64,000 nucleotides of DNA from an uncultured Spirochaetales bacterium (GTDB taxonomy: Bacteria > Spirochaetota > Spirochaetia > Sphaerochaetales > Sphaerochaetaceae). Each line of letters begins with the position of its first letter. Positions within the stretch are counted from its first letter, which is position 1. The position numbers and the translations under genes are program-made. The stretch is taken from NCBI GenBank assembly GCA_949295675.1, contig CASFMA010000026.1, positions 9,898 to 73,897 of the forward strand. The letters run 5' to 3'. This document shows positions 47,601 through 57,512 of this stretch, piece by piece. The notes beneath the pieces were generated by a model. That model did not search any database. It saw only the letters and a list, made by a program, of their open reading frames with translations, and had not been told where the DNA came from.

Positions 47601-47819
47601 GAGGATATAGATGTCTCCGATGATGACAGCGATGAGGTCCTGTATGAGAAGGCGAAGGAGATTGTCTATGAACGGAAGATGGCATCCGCATCATTCCTGC
47701 AGAGAAGGATGAAGATAGGCTATAACAGGGCTGCGCGTCTTATCGAGATGATGGAGGACAATGGGATAATAGGGCCTGCCAATGGTTCCAAGCCACGTGA
47801 AATCCTCAAGTACGAGTAG
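44679..47819 (+). CDS. ftsK: DNA translocase FtsK/SpoIIIE
   Basis: N-terminal TM segments, a ~430-aa K/E/P-rich linker, the motor domain (IAGTTGSGKSVCINA, VLIMDEFADLM) and a gamma winged-helix domain (FLQRRMKIGYNRAARLIEMME). I chose the ATG at 44679. Confidence 0.92.
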   Translation: MKVRSYRISLTLSLVFILFALIFGGLCLMSSRSMILPPFDEYVAKAIETVSLSSELYGSLGFSVALAAEAVFMLAYRRKKRASMYVSFFLIAFIYLTVLVYAHLMNGIDSPALIMSHISGDKPWLLLVCVALELILFFAFPVMLRPLDRRIYSRHELRVRQLQEKESEKEAAGAEGDEQASDDEKQRAKDEKDALKYTKDKERKEKKLQRKAEKEALKDERRQQKFMAKQEAAARKEEEKARRKLAKEDSDISDESSDAFTTAGAVPYSHAVNPSEPVTFPDIASIPSFRTIALSRHEDEPEEAEEPAPAEQEAPHRSFDTDVFSQVKEEIERKDRKEEMAAKRSDFTKPMSFNKGGMLEATLESILSTSSAPPLEQGPIIGYDDKKKDKEKPHASSIAPSGLSPDHPRYKLFEAIASKPNVSHFPSKGFVPEEKEEEDLSEYGNVFDEPKKPRKTVAVKEVVPVEPRKESVPASPAVADESEDDEVSVSAMDVFEDDKPVEKKPQMIDPFSTPIKKKEKPQPKNDEPSLLPEEDEREDFSQENELMLSVGIGGLQSNELGFAGISKRSKKRYTAPSAEFLVDYPEISTEIDDVTRMQGEEIVNTLLQFHTEVSLDNIVKGPTVTMFELKLKEGTPVSRVRARYDELSYNLGGVQIRILAPVPGKQAVGIEVPNRKRAVIGFKDMLKAMKKDPDAKKLRVPMILGRTITGKPMIIDVAKMPHMLIAGTTGSGKSVCINAFICTVLYTRAPQDVRFIMVDPKVVELSVYNGIPHLLTPVITEAKKVVRALAWLCDEMERRYKMLSKFGVRNIDGFNSKILSENIPAERMPYIVLIMDEFADLMTTVGKDIENYVARLAAKARAAGIHLVLATQRPSADVITGTIKNNFPARIAFAVSSATNSRIILDDGGAENLLGRGDMLFMNPSSMGFERIQGAFLSDDEVDSIVSFEQRNSTPDYLAEDIFEEPAQESEGGGEDIDVSDDDSDEVLYEKAKEIVYERKMASASFLQRRMKIGYNRAARLIEMMEDNGIIGPANGSKPREILKYE

Positions 47820-47853
47820 TCTATATCACTTCTTTTGCCTATAATCTTGAGCC

Positions 47854-48648
47854 ATGAGAAGTGCAATAAGGAATACAGAACTGATCAGGGAGGATGAAGC
47901 GGTCCTCCCTGTCGTATCAAGAGAGGTGCAGTACTCATTTTCCGTGTATGAGGCACTGCGTGTCATAAATGGCCATATTGTCCATCTGGATGATCATCTG
48001 AAGCGTCTGGCAGCCTCCTGCAGCGATATAGGGCTTGTCCATTGCTTTTCGGATCGCGATATAGAGATGTCGCTGGACAGGCTTATCAAAGCTGATGGCA
48101 TAAAGGATGCCTCTGTCCGCATCTTCATAGTCGGGGGGCCGTCGCCTCTGCTCTTCATAACATATACGGATCTCCTGTCCTATCCTGATAGCTATTATAC
48201 AGATGGAGTCAGGGCTTCTCTTTACCATGGGGAGAGGTTCATGCCGCAGGCTAAGACCTCCAATCTCCTTATGCAGTACATAGCGCTTGAGGAAGCAAAG
48301 CGCAAAGGTGCGTTTGAGGCCCTGCTTGTCAACAGGGAAGGAGAGGTTCTCGAGGGTACCAGAAGCAACTTCTATGCTATAAAGGGAGACAAGCTATTCA
48401 CCGCTCCTGATGAGAAGGTCCTGTCAGGGATCACCAGGATAAGCGTTGTGAAAGCCGCATCAGAGCTTGGCCTTGATATCGTCTATACGCCGCCGCTAGC
48501 ATCTGAGCTTCTGTCGTTTGATTCTGTTTTCATATCAGCGACATCCATGGCTGCGATCCCTGTGAGCCATATCGATGGCATTGAGATGAATAAGGCCAGA
48601 TGGCCTCTGATCCTCGATATAATGAAGCTCGTGAGGCAGTGGGAGTAG
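47854..48648 (+). CDS. Class IV (fold-type IV) aminotransferase: D-amino-acid, branched-chain or ADC-lyase type
   Basis: Lysine context PQAKTSNLL and the EGTRSNFYAI motif. 264 aa. Confidence 0.7.
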   Translation: MRSAIRNTELIREDEAVLPVVSREVQYSFSVYEALRVINGHIVHLDDHLKRLAASCSDIGLVHCFSDRDIEMSLDRLIKADGIKDASVRIFIVGGPSPLLFITYTDLLSYPDSYYTDGVRASLYHGERFMPQAKTSNLLMQYIALEEAKRKGAFEALLVNREGEVLEGTRSNFYAIKGDKLFTAPDEKVLSGITRISVVKAASELGLDIVYTPPLASELLSFDSVFISATSMAAIPVSHIDGIEMNKARWPLILDIMKLVRQWE

Positions 48649-48744
48649 GACAGCTGGGGCATAATCTTGCAAAAAGCCATGCACTTTTATAGAGTAGTCA
48701 TGTAATCTAGCATTTATCCTTTTTGACAGGTGGAAATAAAACTT

Positions 48745-50316
48745 ATGAAATTCAGTGAACTGCCTCTCTGCGAAGAGGTTCTCGCCGGGATAAGCAAAGC
48801 CGGCTACACAGATTGCACTGATGTGCAGGAACGCGTCCTTCCTCTTACGCTCAGCGGACGCGATGTAATGGTGCAGTCAAAGACTGGAAGCGGTAAGACT
48901 GCGGTATTCCTTATCACCATCCTTGAGAAATATGCCCACAATCGCGCATCTGCTGCTCTCATAGTCTCTCCGACAAGGGAGCTTGCTGTACAGATAGAAG
49001 AGGATGCGAAGCTTCTTGCCTCAGGCTATCCTGATTTCCGCATCGGATGCTTCTATGGCGGGGTGGGCTACAAGGAGCAGATGGAGGAGCTAAGGTCCGG
49101 CCTCAATCTCTATGTAGGTACGCCGGGCCGCCTGCTTGATTTCGCGAAGTCAAGCAAGATTGATTTCCGCTGCTTCGATACTGTCGTGCTGGATGAGGCT
49201 GACCGCATGTTCGATATGGGATTTTATCCTGATATCCAGACAATGTTCTCACGTATGGTAAGCCCTAAGGAGAGGCAGACTATGCTTTTCTCTGCAACGC
49301 TCTCCACGAGGGTGAGGAATCTCGCATGGAAGTATATGAATGAAGCTGAGGAGATTACCGTCCAGCCTGAAGAGATAACGGTGAAGAACATCACCCAGGA
49401 GCTTTTCCATGTATCGAAGGATGAGAAGTTCGGCCTGCTTCTTTCTATAATGAGCAAGATAAATCCTGCTTCGTGCCTTATATTCACGAACACGAAGGAT
49501 AGGGCTGTCGAGGTAGCCAAGCGTCTTCAGATGAATGGTTACAAGGCTGAGTATCTTATGGGTGACATGCCTCAGGCAAAGAGGCTGAAGACCATCGACA
49601 GGATGAAGGAGGGGAAGCTTCCGATCCTTGTCGCTACAGATGTGGCTGCAAGGGGGCTGCAGATCGATGATCTTGAGCTTGTTGTCAATTATGATATCCC
49701 GGAGGATTTTGAGAGCTATGTGCATCGCATCGGGCGTACTGCAAGGGCTGGTAAGTCCGGCAAGGCCATAACGCTTGCCTGTGAGGAATATATCTATGGG
49801 CTTGAGCCTATCGAGCGTTATATACAGATGAAGATTCCTGTGCTCTGGCCTGACGAGGCAGGTCTTGTCAGCGTTGAGGACAAGAGCGAAGGTTTCAGAT
49901 ACAAGAGCCCGTCCCGCCGTCCATCGCAGTCAGGCCGCCAGACAAGGCAGGATGGCAGGAAGAGCCAGAGAGGTCCTTCACGCAAGCATGTCCAGAAGAA
50001 GCCTGAGAGCGCTGCTCCTTCAAAGAAGGTGGAAGAGGATTATGACAAGCTTTCCAGGATGACGCTTGAGGAACGTATGGCTTACTACAAGAAAGAGTTC
50101 GGGCAGCCTGCTGGAGATAAGAAGCCTCAGGTCCAGAGGAAACCCCAGCAGCCGGGTGGAAAGAGGCCCGGCCAGGCACAGAGGAAGCCACAGAAGCCAC
50201 AGCCTCAGGTGCAGAGGCCTCAGCAGAAGAGCGCTGAAGCTGTGCAGCCTAAAGAGGTAAAGGTCGTGAAGAAGGGCATCTTCTCACGTATATTCGACAA
50301 GCTCAGGGGTAAGTGA
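48745..50316 (+). CDS. DEAD-box ATP-dependent RNA helicase with a basic Q/P/K-rich tail
   Basis: SKTGSGKTAVF, VLDEADRMFD, LFSATLS and HRIGRTARAG. I chose the ATG at 48745. Confidence 0.9.
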   Translation: MKFSELPLCEEVLAGISKAGYTDCTDVQERVLPLTLSGRDVMVQSKTGSGKTAVFLITILEKYAHNRASAALIVSPTRELAVQIEEDAKLLASGYPDFRIGCFYGGVGYKEQMEELRSGLNLYVGTPGRLLDFAKSSKIDFRCFDTVVLDEADRMFDMGFYPDIQTMFSRMVSPKERQTMLFSATLSTRVRNLAWKYMNEAEEITVQPEEITVKNITQELFHVSKDEKFGLLLSIMSKINPASCLIFTNTKDRAVEVAKRLQMNGYKAEYLMGDMPQAKRLKTIDRMKEGKLPILVATDVAARGLQIDDLELVVNYDIPEDFESYVHRIGRTARAGKSGKAITLACEEYIYGLEPIERYIQMKIPVLWPDEAGLVSVEDKSEGFRYKSPSRRPSQSGRQTRQDGRKSQRGPSRKHVQKKPESAAPSKKVEEDYDKLSRMTLEERMAYYKKEFGQPAGDKKPQVQRKPQQPGGKRPGQAQRKPQKPQPQVQRPQQKSAEAVQPKEVKVVKKGIFSRIFDKLRGK

Positions 50317-52031
50317 TGCTCAGACGCTTCATTTCATATTACAGGTACTACAAGGGCCTTTTCGCCCTTGATATGAGCGTCGCGCTGCTTTCCTCTATCC
50401 TGTCTGTCATCTCTCCGGCTCTTGTCCGCAGCATACTCTACGGCAGCCTTCCTCTTGGGCTTATCAAGTCAGTGATATGGACGCTTTCGCTGATACTTGT
50501 GATATATATGCTCCAGGCTGTCACTACCTACATAAGGATACGGTGGGGCCATTATCTTGGCGTGAGGATGGAGAACAGGATGAGGGAAGAGCTTTTCTCC
50601 CATCTTCAGGATCTTTCGTTCTCATATTTCGACAGGACGAAGACCGGAACCATAATGAGCCGCATCACGAACGATCTTTTCAATATCGCGGAAGTCGCCC
50701 ATCATGGGCCTGAGGACTTCCTGATATCCATAGCGACGATCGTCGCAGCTTATGGCCTGATGTTCTCATTCTCATGGGAGCTTTCGCTTGTATCGATCAT
50801 CCCTTTGCCTGTGATGCTTCTGTATGGCATCCATTTCAATAAGAAGCTAAAGGCAAAGAACCGTGCGATAAGGCAGAAGATAGCTGATGTCAATGTAGCC
50901 GCTGAGAACTCTATACAGGGCATAAGGGAAGTCAAGAGCTACTCCCAGGAGAGCTTCCAGAAGAGGAAGTTCGGAGTATCCAATGCTGAGCTGAAGAAGA
51001 GCCGGGAGCGCATGTACAGCACCATGGCCAATTACCAGACCGGTATTTCGTTCATGCGTGATTTCTATTATTTCATGACAATCGCGGGAGGCATCCTTCT
51101 TATATACGCAGGACGCTGCGAGATTCCTGATCTTGTCACTTTCGTCCTTTACGTTTCTGTCGTGCTTCCTCCGATCGACAGGCTGATAAACTTCACTGAG
51201 CAGTTCTCGCAGGGCATGGCTTCCTTTGAGCGCTTCGCGGAGATAATGGATATAAAGCCGCAGATTGAGGACAGCGAAGGTGCTTTCCCGCTTGTTGTCA
51301 CGAAGGGTGATGTGGACTACAGGGATGTCTCGTTCTCATATGAGAGCGATGGAAGGGAGATAGTCATAAATCACCTCAATCTCCATATCCCGGGAGGCTC
51401 GAAGGCCGCGCTTGTCGGTGAGTCCGGAGCGGGAAAGAGCACGATAGCTGCGCTTCTTGCCCGCTTCTATGAACGCAGCGGCGGGACGATTGAGATAGAT
51501 GGACAGGACATAGACAACGTTACGCAGAAGTCCCTGCATGACTCTATCGGATTTGTCCAGCAGAATGTTTTCCTCTTCGATGCGACGATCAAGGAGAACC
51601 TCAGGTACGGCAAGAGCGATGCGACTGAAGATGAGATGTGGCAGGCGCTTCGCAATGCCAATCTCTATGACTTCGTATCATCTCTTCCCGATGGGCTTGA
51701 TACAGAGGTCGGAGAGAGGGGGACAAGGCTTTCGGGAGGACAGAAGCAGCGCCTCTCGATTGCACGTGTGTTCCTGAAGAATCCTAAGATCCTCATATTC
51801 GATGAAGCCACAAGTTCTCTCGATACAGAGAGCGAGGCGCTCATCCAGGATGCTTTCGACAGGTTGGCGAAAGGCCGTACGTCGATTGTGATCGCGCATA
51901 GGCTTTCAACGATAAAGGATTCGGATATAATCTTCGTCATAGACAAGGGAATGGTCGCTGAGCAGGGTACGCATGACACTCTCATGGCACAGGGCGGAAG
52001 GTACTCAAGCCTCTATTCCATCAAAGGTTGA
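50316..52031 (+). CDS. ABC exporter, fused permease/ATPase (MsbA-like)
   Basis: 6-TM domain followed by GESGAGKSTIA, LSGGQKQRLSIAR and ILIFDEATSSLD. The start overlaps the helicase stop. Confidence 0.88.
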   Translation: MLRRFISYYRYYKGLFALDMSVALLSSILSVISPALVRSILYGSLPLGLIKSVIWTLSLILVIYMLQAVTTYIRIRWGHYLGVRMENRMREELFSHLQDLSFSYFDRTKTGTIMSRITNDLFNIAEVAHHGPEDFLISIATIVAAYGLMFSFSWELSLVSIIPLPVMLLYGIHFNKKLKAKNRAIRQKIADVNVAAENSIQGIREVKSYSQESFQKRKFGVSNAELKKSRERMYSTMANYQTGISFMRDFYYFMTIAGGILLIYAGRCEIPDLVTFVLYVSVVLPPIDRLINFTEQFSQGMASFERFAEIMDIKPQIEDSEGAFPLVVTKGDVDYRDVSFSYESDGREIVINHLNLHIPGGSKAALVGESGAGKSTIAALLARFYERSGGTIEIDGQDIDNVTQKSLHDSIGFVQQNVFLFDATIKENLRYGKSDATEDEMWQALRNANLYDFVSSLPDGLDTEVGERGTRLSGGQKQRLSIARVFLKNPKILIFDEATSSLDTESEALIQDAFDRLAKGRTSIVIAHRLSTIKDSDIIFVIDKGMVAEQGTHDTLMAQGGRYSSLYSIKG

Positions 52032-52034
52032 GTT

Positions 52035-52784
52035 ATGGGAAAAGCTAGACAGATCATAGGCATCATATTCATAGCGCCTGTATTCATAGTGCTTGCGCTT
52101 GTGACGATGATAATAGGCGGGCTTCTTCATGTCCTGCATCTTGAGCGTGCGTCTGAGAAATCAGTGCACTTCATCCTTTCGATACTGATCGTATGGATAT
52201 TCATATGGTTCGGCATAAGGCTGCACGTTACAGGAAAGGAGAACATCCCGTCATGGGGCGAGAGGGTGTGCTATGTCCCTAACCACCAGTCGATAATCGA
52301 CATACCTGTGCTGTATGCTTCTGGTATGTGGTGCGGCCTTGTCGCGAAGAAGGAGCTTTTCAGCATCCCTGTCCTGCATGGGCTTCTTCGTGTCCTGAAA
52401 TGCGTTGAGATTGACAGATCCAGCCTCCGCGAGAGCCTGAAGTCGATAATAGAGGGCTCTGACAGGATAAAGAAGGGCTATCCCATGGGGATATTCCCTG
52501 AGGGCACAAGAAGCAAGACTGGCGAGATCGCTGAGATGAAGGCCGGTGCTTTCAAGATGGCGACAAGAGCAAAGGCCAAGGTCGTTCCTGTAGCCATGAA
52601 GAATACCAGAATGGCATTCGAGGCTGCGGACAGCCTCCGTCCCGTGCATGTCTATGTGAAGATAATGCCTGCAATCGATACATCAGCAATGGATGAGGAA
52701 GAGATCAAGGACGTGCATAACGTTGTGGAGAAAGAGGTAAGGGGGGCATATGAATCCCTGCCCGGGCCATATGGTAGAGCTTGA
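52035..52784 (+). CDS. plsC: 1-acyl-sn-glycerol-3-phosphate acyltransferase
   Basis: HX4D motif PNHQSIIDIP and the IFPEGTRS motif. Confidence 0.85.
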   Translation: MGKARQIIGIIFIAPVFIVLALVTMIIGGLLHVLHLERASEKSVHFILSILIVWIFIWFGIRLHVTGKENIPSWGERVCYVPNHQSIIDIPVLYASGMWCGLVAKKELFSIPVLHGLLRVLKCVEIDRSSLRESLKSIIEGSDRIKKGYPMGIFPEGTRSKTGEIAEMKAGAFKMATRAKAKVVPVAMKNTRMAFEAADSLRPVHVYVKIMPAIDTSAMDEEEIKDVHNVVEKEVRGAYESLPGPYGRA

Positions 52785-54102
52785 TATTTCTTTCTCATAT
52801 CATACAGGGGAGGAGATTTTCTCCTCCTTTTCTCTTTCTGCAGAAGAGGGTGAGCATGTCCTTGTGCTGTCGCCTCCTGGAAGCGGCAAGACAACGCTGG
52901 CCCGCATACTCACCGGATCAATTCCCAAATACATAGAGGGAAGTCTTGGTGGATATTTCCGCATTGGCGGAAGGGATGTGCTTCCTATGGATATTCCTGA
53001 GCGGGTTGAGCTGGTAGGCCGCGCAAGCCAGAACAGTGATGAGATGCTGCTTTTCTCATCTGTTGAAGAGGAGATTTCATTCCCGCTGGAGAATCTTGGC
53101 CTTGCAGGAGAGGAGAGGGAACGGCGTATTTCCGATGCCCTTTCATTGTTCGGCCTTGAGAGATACAGGGATGTTTCCACATCTGAGCTTTCAGGAGGTG
53201 AGAAGCGTCGCCTCATGCTTGCAGTCCTATATGCTGTGGATCCTCTTGTATATATCCTTGATGAGTCTTTTGACGAGTTGTCGCCGTATTGGAGGAAACG
53301 GCTTGCTGAGCTTGTCCACAGCAATCCTCGGACTGTGATTGCGCTGGGCAGCCATGAGCTGGGGGAATATGATGCCGTATTTGACAGGGTCGTCATGATT
53401 GAAGGCAAGGCTTGCCGCAGTTATGTCCAGAGGCCTTTCCAGCCTTATTCCTTCCCTTCTTCCTCTGAGAGCGGACATATCCTTTCTGCCGAGTCCATTG
53501 CCGTTGAGCGTGAGCATAGGAGTTCCGGCAGTCTTCCTTCCTTTTCCCTGAGTGTTCCGTCATTCTTTCTTTCAGAGGGGGAATGTACGACGTTGATAGG
53601 AGAGAACGGGAGCGGGAAAAGCTCTTTCTCGAGAATCCTGTCGGGGTTGCTCAAGGAGAGAGCAGGGACGGTGAGGCTGGACGGAAATGTCATCATGCAG
53701 AAGGATAGGAGGCATGTTGTCGCATACCTGATGCAGAATCCGTATGAAGAACTTTTCCTGCCGACGGTATCTGATGAGCTTCATAGCACCGGTGCATCCG
53801 ATGATGACATAGAGAGGGCCTTGGAAGTTTTCTCCCTTGACAGTGATGCCTATGTGCAGGAGATGTCATATGGAAAAGCGAAGATGCTGCAGGCAGCTGT
53901 GTTCTATCTCCTTGACCGCCCTTTCGCGATCTTCGATGAGCTCGACAGCGCTGTATCGTATGATGATTTTGCAAAAACCATTGCCGCATATCTTGGCAAG
54001 GGATGCGGGATACTTGTCATCACTCATGATATGAGGATTGCATCCATGCTTCCAGGGCGTAAGCTCAGGATAGAAGGAGGAGTGCTTCATGAATGTGAGT
54101 AG
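52771..54102 (+). CDS. ECF transporter ATPase with two fused nucleotide-binding domains (EcfA1-EcfA2-like)
   Basis: NBD1: SPPGSGKTT, LSGGEKRR, YILDESFDEL. NBD2: GENGSGKSS, a degenerate signature MSYGKAKM, and AIFDELDSAV. The gene overlaps the plsC 3' end. Confidence 0.8.
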   Translation: MVELDISFSYHTGEEIFSSFSLSAEEGEHVLVLSPPGSGKTTLARILTGSIPKYIEGSLGGYFRIGGRDVLPMDIPERVELVGRASQNSDEMLLFSSVEEEISFPLENLGLAGEERERRISDALSLFGLERYRDVSTSELSGGEKRRLMLAVLYAVDPLVYILDESFDELSPYWRKRLAELVHSNPRTVIALGSHELGEYDAVFDRVVMIEGKACRSYVQRPFQPYSFPSSSESGHILSAESIAVEREHRSSGSLPSFSLSVPSFFLSEGECTTLIGENGSGKSSFSRILSGLLKERAGTVRLDGNVIMQKDRRHVVAYLMQNPYEELFLPTVSDELHSTGASDDDIERALEVFSLDSDAYVQEMSYGKAKMLQAAVFYLLDRPFAIFDELDSAVSYDDFAKTIAAYLGKGCGILVITHDMRIASMLPGRKLRIEGGVLHECE

Positions 54103-54826
54103 CTATGTATACGGAACATCTTTCTATCATAAGCTTGACATAAGGCCGAAACTATTCTTCACATTGCTTTTCTCGGTTATCTCATTTCTTGCGTCTTCGT
54201 GGCCTGGCCTCATCATTGTGTTCTTCCTGCCTGCTGTCATTATGGTTTTCTCTGTCGGCTGGCGGGAGTCATGGCGTTGCTATTCCAGGCTGGTTCCTCT
54301 TTTTGTGATGATTCTCCTTCTTTCACCGCTGCAGGACCGTGGAGGCGTTCCTCTTGCTGTCTTTAACGGCTTCGTGCTTGTGACAAGAGAGGGGGCCGGA
54401 AGCGTGCTGAGGATAATATCCAGGCTGGGAGGGATATCAGGGGCGCTGATGCTTCTGCTTCTTACGGAGCGCAATGAGGATATAATAAAGGGGCTCAGGG
54501 CTTGCCATCTGCCATATAATGCCGCGCTGTCTGCCTCGATGATCCTCCGTTTCATACCTTACCTTGGGCTTTTGTTCTCGGAGATAAGGGATTCGATGTC
54601 GCTCAGATTGAAGGAGGGCAGGAGAGGCTATCCGATATTGCCTTCGATCACAGCCCTTGCTGTTGCATCCATCAAGATGATCCCTGATACAGCCTCCGCC
54701 CTGGAGGAGCGTGGCTTTGGAAGGAGCGGAAAGATCGCCAGGGAGCCTCTGAAAAGGCCTAGATGCTATTTTATTCAATGGCTCATCGGTGCTATTATCC
54801 TGTTCAGCTTGTTTATTGTGGGGTAG
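54089..54826 (+). CDS. ecfT: ECF transporter transmembrane component EcfT (CbiQ family)
   Basis: Polytopic, 245 aa, with a strong GAAGGAGG RBS. It overlaps the ATPase gene and sits between the ATPase and the S component. Confidence 0.7.
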   Translation: MNVSSYVYGTSFYHKLDIRPKLFFTLLFSVISFLASSWPGLIIVFFLPAVIMVFSVGWRESWRCYSRLVPLFVMILLLSPLQDRGGVPLAVFNGFVLVTREGAGSVLRIISRLGGISGALMLLLLTERNEDIIKGLRACHLPYNAALSASMILRFIPYLGLLFSEIRDSMSLRLKEGRRGYPILPSITALAVASIKMIPDTASALEERGFGRSGKIAREPLKRPRCYFIQWLIGAIILFSLFIVG

Positions 54827-54829
54827 TTT

Positions 54830-55351
54830 ATGGCAGAGAAGAACAGAACCGCTTTACGTATCAGCCTCATTGCAATAATGACGGCTGTGGTCGCAGTATT
54901 CACGCTGGTTGTGAGGATACCGTCCCCGATCGGAGGATATATATCGCTCTGTGACGCCGCTGTTTCATTTGTCGCTTATGCGTTCGGCCCTGTGACTGGA
55001 CTGATCGCAGGGGGCTTGGGAGCTGCATTCGCTGATCTTATAGGAGGCTATCCTCAGTGGGCCCTGATCTCGTTCATAGTCCATGGACTTGAGGCTTTCC
55101 TGATGGGGCTTGTGGTCAAGAAGGGCAATTCCTCGGTCCCTGTGCGCATAGTGGCTGCTTTGATAGCTGTCGTTATCGTCTCAGGTGGTTATCTTTGCTT
55201 GACAACGCTTTTCGGCCTTACTGTTTTCTCGGAGGCTGTGCTTGAGGTGCCAGGGAATATCGCACAGAGCGCTGTAGGTGCTGTGATTGGCCTTCTGCTT
55301 TATAGCGGGGTAAGGAAGGCTTATAGACAGCTTGATGCCCTCAGATGGTAG
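54830..55351 (+). CDS. ECF transporter substrate-specific (S) component, substrate unknown
   Basis: 173 aa, about 5-6 TM segments, glycine-rich helices (GLIAGGLGAAFADLIGG). It starts 3 nt after ecfT. Confidence 0.6.
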   Translation: MAEKNRTALRISLIAIMTAVVAVFTLVVRIPSPIGGYISLCDAAVSFVAYAFGPVTGLIAGGLGAAFADLIGGYPQWALISFIVHGLEAFLMGLVVKKGNSSVPVRIVAALIAVVIVSGGYLCLTTLFGLTVFSEAVLEVPGNIAQSAVGAVIGLLLYSGVRKAYRQLDALRW

Positions 55352-55395
55352 CTTAACAGCGTTTATCTCTGATAATATCAGTACCAGGAGGCGCT

Positions 55396-56949
55396 ATGGC
55401 GATAAAGAACCATGACTCTGTGATTGTTCTGGACTTCGGAGCTCAGTACAGCCAGCTTATAGCAAGGCGTGTGAGGGAGTGCGGCGTGTACAGCCAGATT
55501 GTCCCTTATACGATAGCTGCTGATGAAGTAAGGAAGATAGCTCCTAAGGGGATCATATTCTCCGGTGGACCTTCTAGCGTGAAGACTCCGGGGTCTCCAC
55601 GTCCTGATAAGGAGATATTCTCGCTTGGTATTCCGATCCTTGGCATATGCTATGGTCTTCAGGTCATGTCTGAGATGCTTGGTGGCAATGTCACATGTCC
55701 GGAGAAGAAGGAATATGGCCTCCAGAATATCGATATAGACGATAGGACATCCATGCTTCTGAAGGATGTGTCAGACCATAGCCAGGTATGGATGAGCCAT
55801 GGTGACAGCGTTGACAGGATTCCTGCTGGGTTCCGTGTCACAGCCTCGACTCCTACGTGTCCTTATACAGTGGTTGAGAACGATGAGAAAAAGTTCTATG
55901 GAGTCCAGTTCCATCCTGAGGTTGTCCATTCAGAAGAGGGCATGAATATCATCCGCTCATTCGTGCTTGATATCGCCAAAGCCAGTCCGGACTGGAATAT
56001 GGGATCATTCATAGATGATGCTGTTGAAGAAATCAGGCGCACTGTCGGCGACAGGCAGGTGCTGTGTGGCCTTTCGGGCGGTGTCGATTCATCTGTTGCC
56101 GCCCTCCTGATACACAAGGCTATTGGTGATCAGCTTGTATGTGTGTTCGTGAATAATGGGATGCTCAGGAAGAACGAGGCTGAGAATGTCATCAATCTTT
56201 TCACGAAGCATTTCAATATAAGGCTGAGATACGCAGATGCAGAGGACGCTTTCCTTGCTGCTCTAAAGGGCGTTACAGAGCCTGAGGCCAAGAGGAAGAT
56301 CATAGGCAAGGTCTTTGTCGATACTTTCTATGACGAGGCTCGTCAGTGCGGGGATATTTCATTCCTTGCCCAAGGGACGTTGTATCCGGATGTGATTGAA
56401 TCGAAGTCTCCGACAGGAGGGCCATCCTCCACGATAAAGTCCCATCATAACGTTGGCGGTTTGCCTGAGGATCTCAAATGGCAGCTGCTTGAGCCTCTTA
56501 AGGAACTCTTCAAGGATGAGGTACGGGCTCTTGGAAAGGAGCTTGGGCTCCCTGATGAGCTTGTATATCGCCATCCGTTCCCTGGCCCAGGCCTTGGCGT
56601 AAGGTGCATAGGCGAGGTTACGAAAGAACGCCTCGATACTCTCCGCGATGTCGATGCCATATTCATCGAGGAAATAAGGAAGGCAGGCCTTTATGATAAG
56701 ATCTGGCAGGCTCTTGCTGATCTTCTTCCTGTAAAGAGCGTAGGCGTGCAGGGCGATGAGAGGACTTATAGGGAGGTCTGTACGCTCCGTGCGGTCACTT
56801 CCGAGGATGCGATGACAGCTGATTGGTTCAGGATGCCTTATGACGTCCTGCAGAGAGCAGCTGCGCGTATATGCAATGAAGTCAAAGGTGTGAACCGTGT
56901 ACTCTATGACATCACATCTAAGCCACCTGCAACTATAGAGTGGGAATGA
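55396..56949 (+). CDS. guaA: GMP synthase (glutamine-hydrolysing)
   Basis: VLDFGAQYSQLIARRVRE, GICYGLQ, the PP-loop GLSGGVDSSV and the C-terminal IEWE. Confidence 0.97.
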   Translation: MAIKNHDSVIVLDFGAQYSQLIARRVRECGVYSQIVPYTIAADEVRKIAPKGIIFSGGPSSVKTPGSPRPDKEIFSLGIPILGICYGLQVMSEMLGGNVTCPEKKEYGLQNIDIDDRTSMLLKDVSDHSQVWMSHGDSVDRIPAGFRVTASTPTCPYTVVENDEKKFYGVQFHPEVVHSEEGMNIIRSFVLDIAKASPDWNMGSFIDDAVEEIRRTVGDRQVLCGLSGGVDSSVAALLIHKAIGDQLVCVFVNNGMLRKNEAENVINLFTKHFNIRLRYADAEDAFLAALKGVTEPEAKRKIIGKVFVDTFYDEARQCGDISFLAQGTLYPDVIESKSPTGGPSSTIKSHHNVGGLPEDLKWQLLEPLKELFKDEVRALGKELGLPDELVYRHPFPGPGLGVRCIGEVTKERLDTLRDVDAIFIEEIRKAGLYDKIWQALADLLPVKSVGVQGDERTYREVCTLRAVTSEDAMTADWFRMPYDVLQRAAARICNEVKGVNRVLYDITSKPPATIEWE

Positions 56950-57512
56950 TTGCATTTTATCTTTAATACGGGAAACCGTTGTAATACAATATCTTGTATT
57001 ATGACGATTTTTTGTCAGTTATCACTATTATTTGGGACATGATGGAGGCTGTGAAACAGGTATAGCTATCAGATGGAGATTGAAAAGAAGAATTATACAG
57101 AGGGCTATGAGAGAGCAAAGCCATTCTTCTCTGTATATGTGCTGAGGACCGTTTCATCATCCATGCCTCCGGAAAAGGTATTATCATTGTGCAAGAAGAG
57201 ATGGCACATACTATAACTACTTCTCCAATGAGGATTACTGCAATGTATTCTGCCTGAAAGAATATTACAGGATACTTCATACTCCTTGTCTTATTGATAA
57301 TACATAATGAATTCGCTCTTGAAGATAAAGGGAAATGGCTGTTCAGTATGCGATGCTCTCTGCAAGGAGATTGTGAAGATAATAAAATGGTGGAGGACAA
57401 TGGATCTGCACGAACACTAAAGGAAGCACCGAGGATCTCTTCAAGGTCCTCAATACTTCCCCTCCTTCAGGCTTTATTCCTGATTTTCAAAGTCACTGTG
57501 CTTAAATTTCAG

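Noticed and set aside
56950-57020. Terminator after guaA (AATACAA-TATC-TTGTATT, then ATGACGATTTTTT)
   Set aside because: The stem is pure A/T and the T run is displaced by 7 nt. It is too weak to call.
56999-57400. 133-aa minus-strand ORF in the AT-rich spacer after guaA (a possible small TM protein from the ATG at 57280)
   Set aside because: The composition is poor. The best internal start has AAGGAG only 1 nt from the ATG, and nothing in it is recognisable. I kept it only as part of the spacer finding. A small hydrophobic peptide or gene remnant cannot be excluded.
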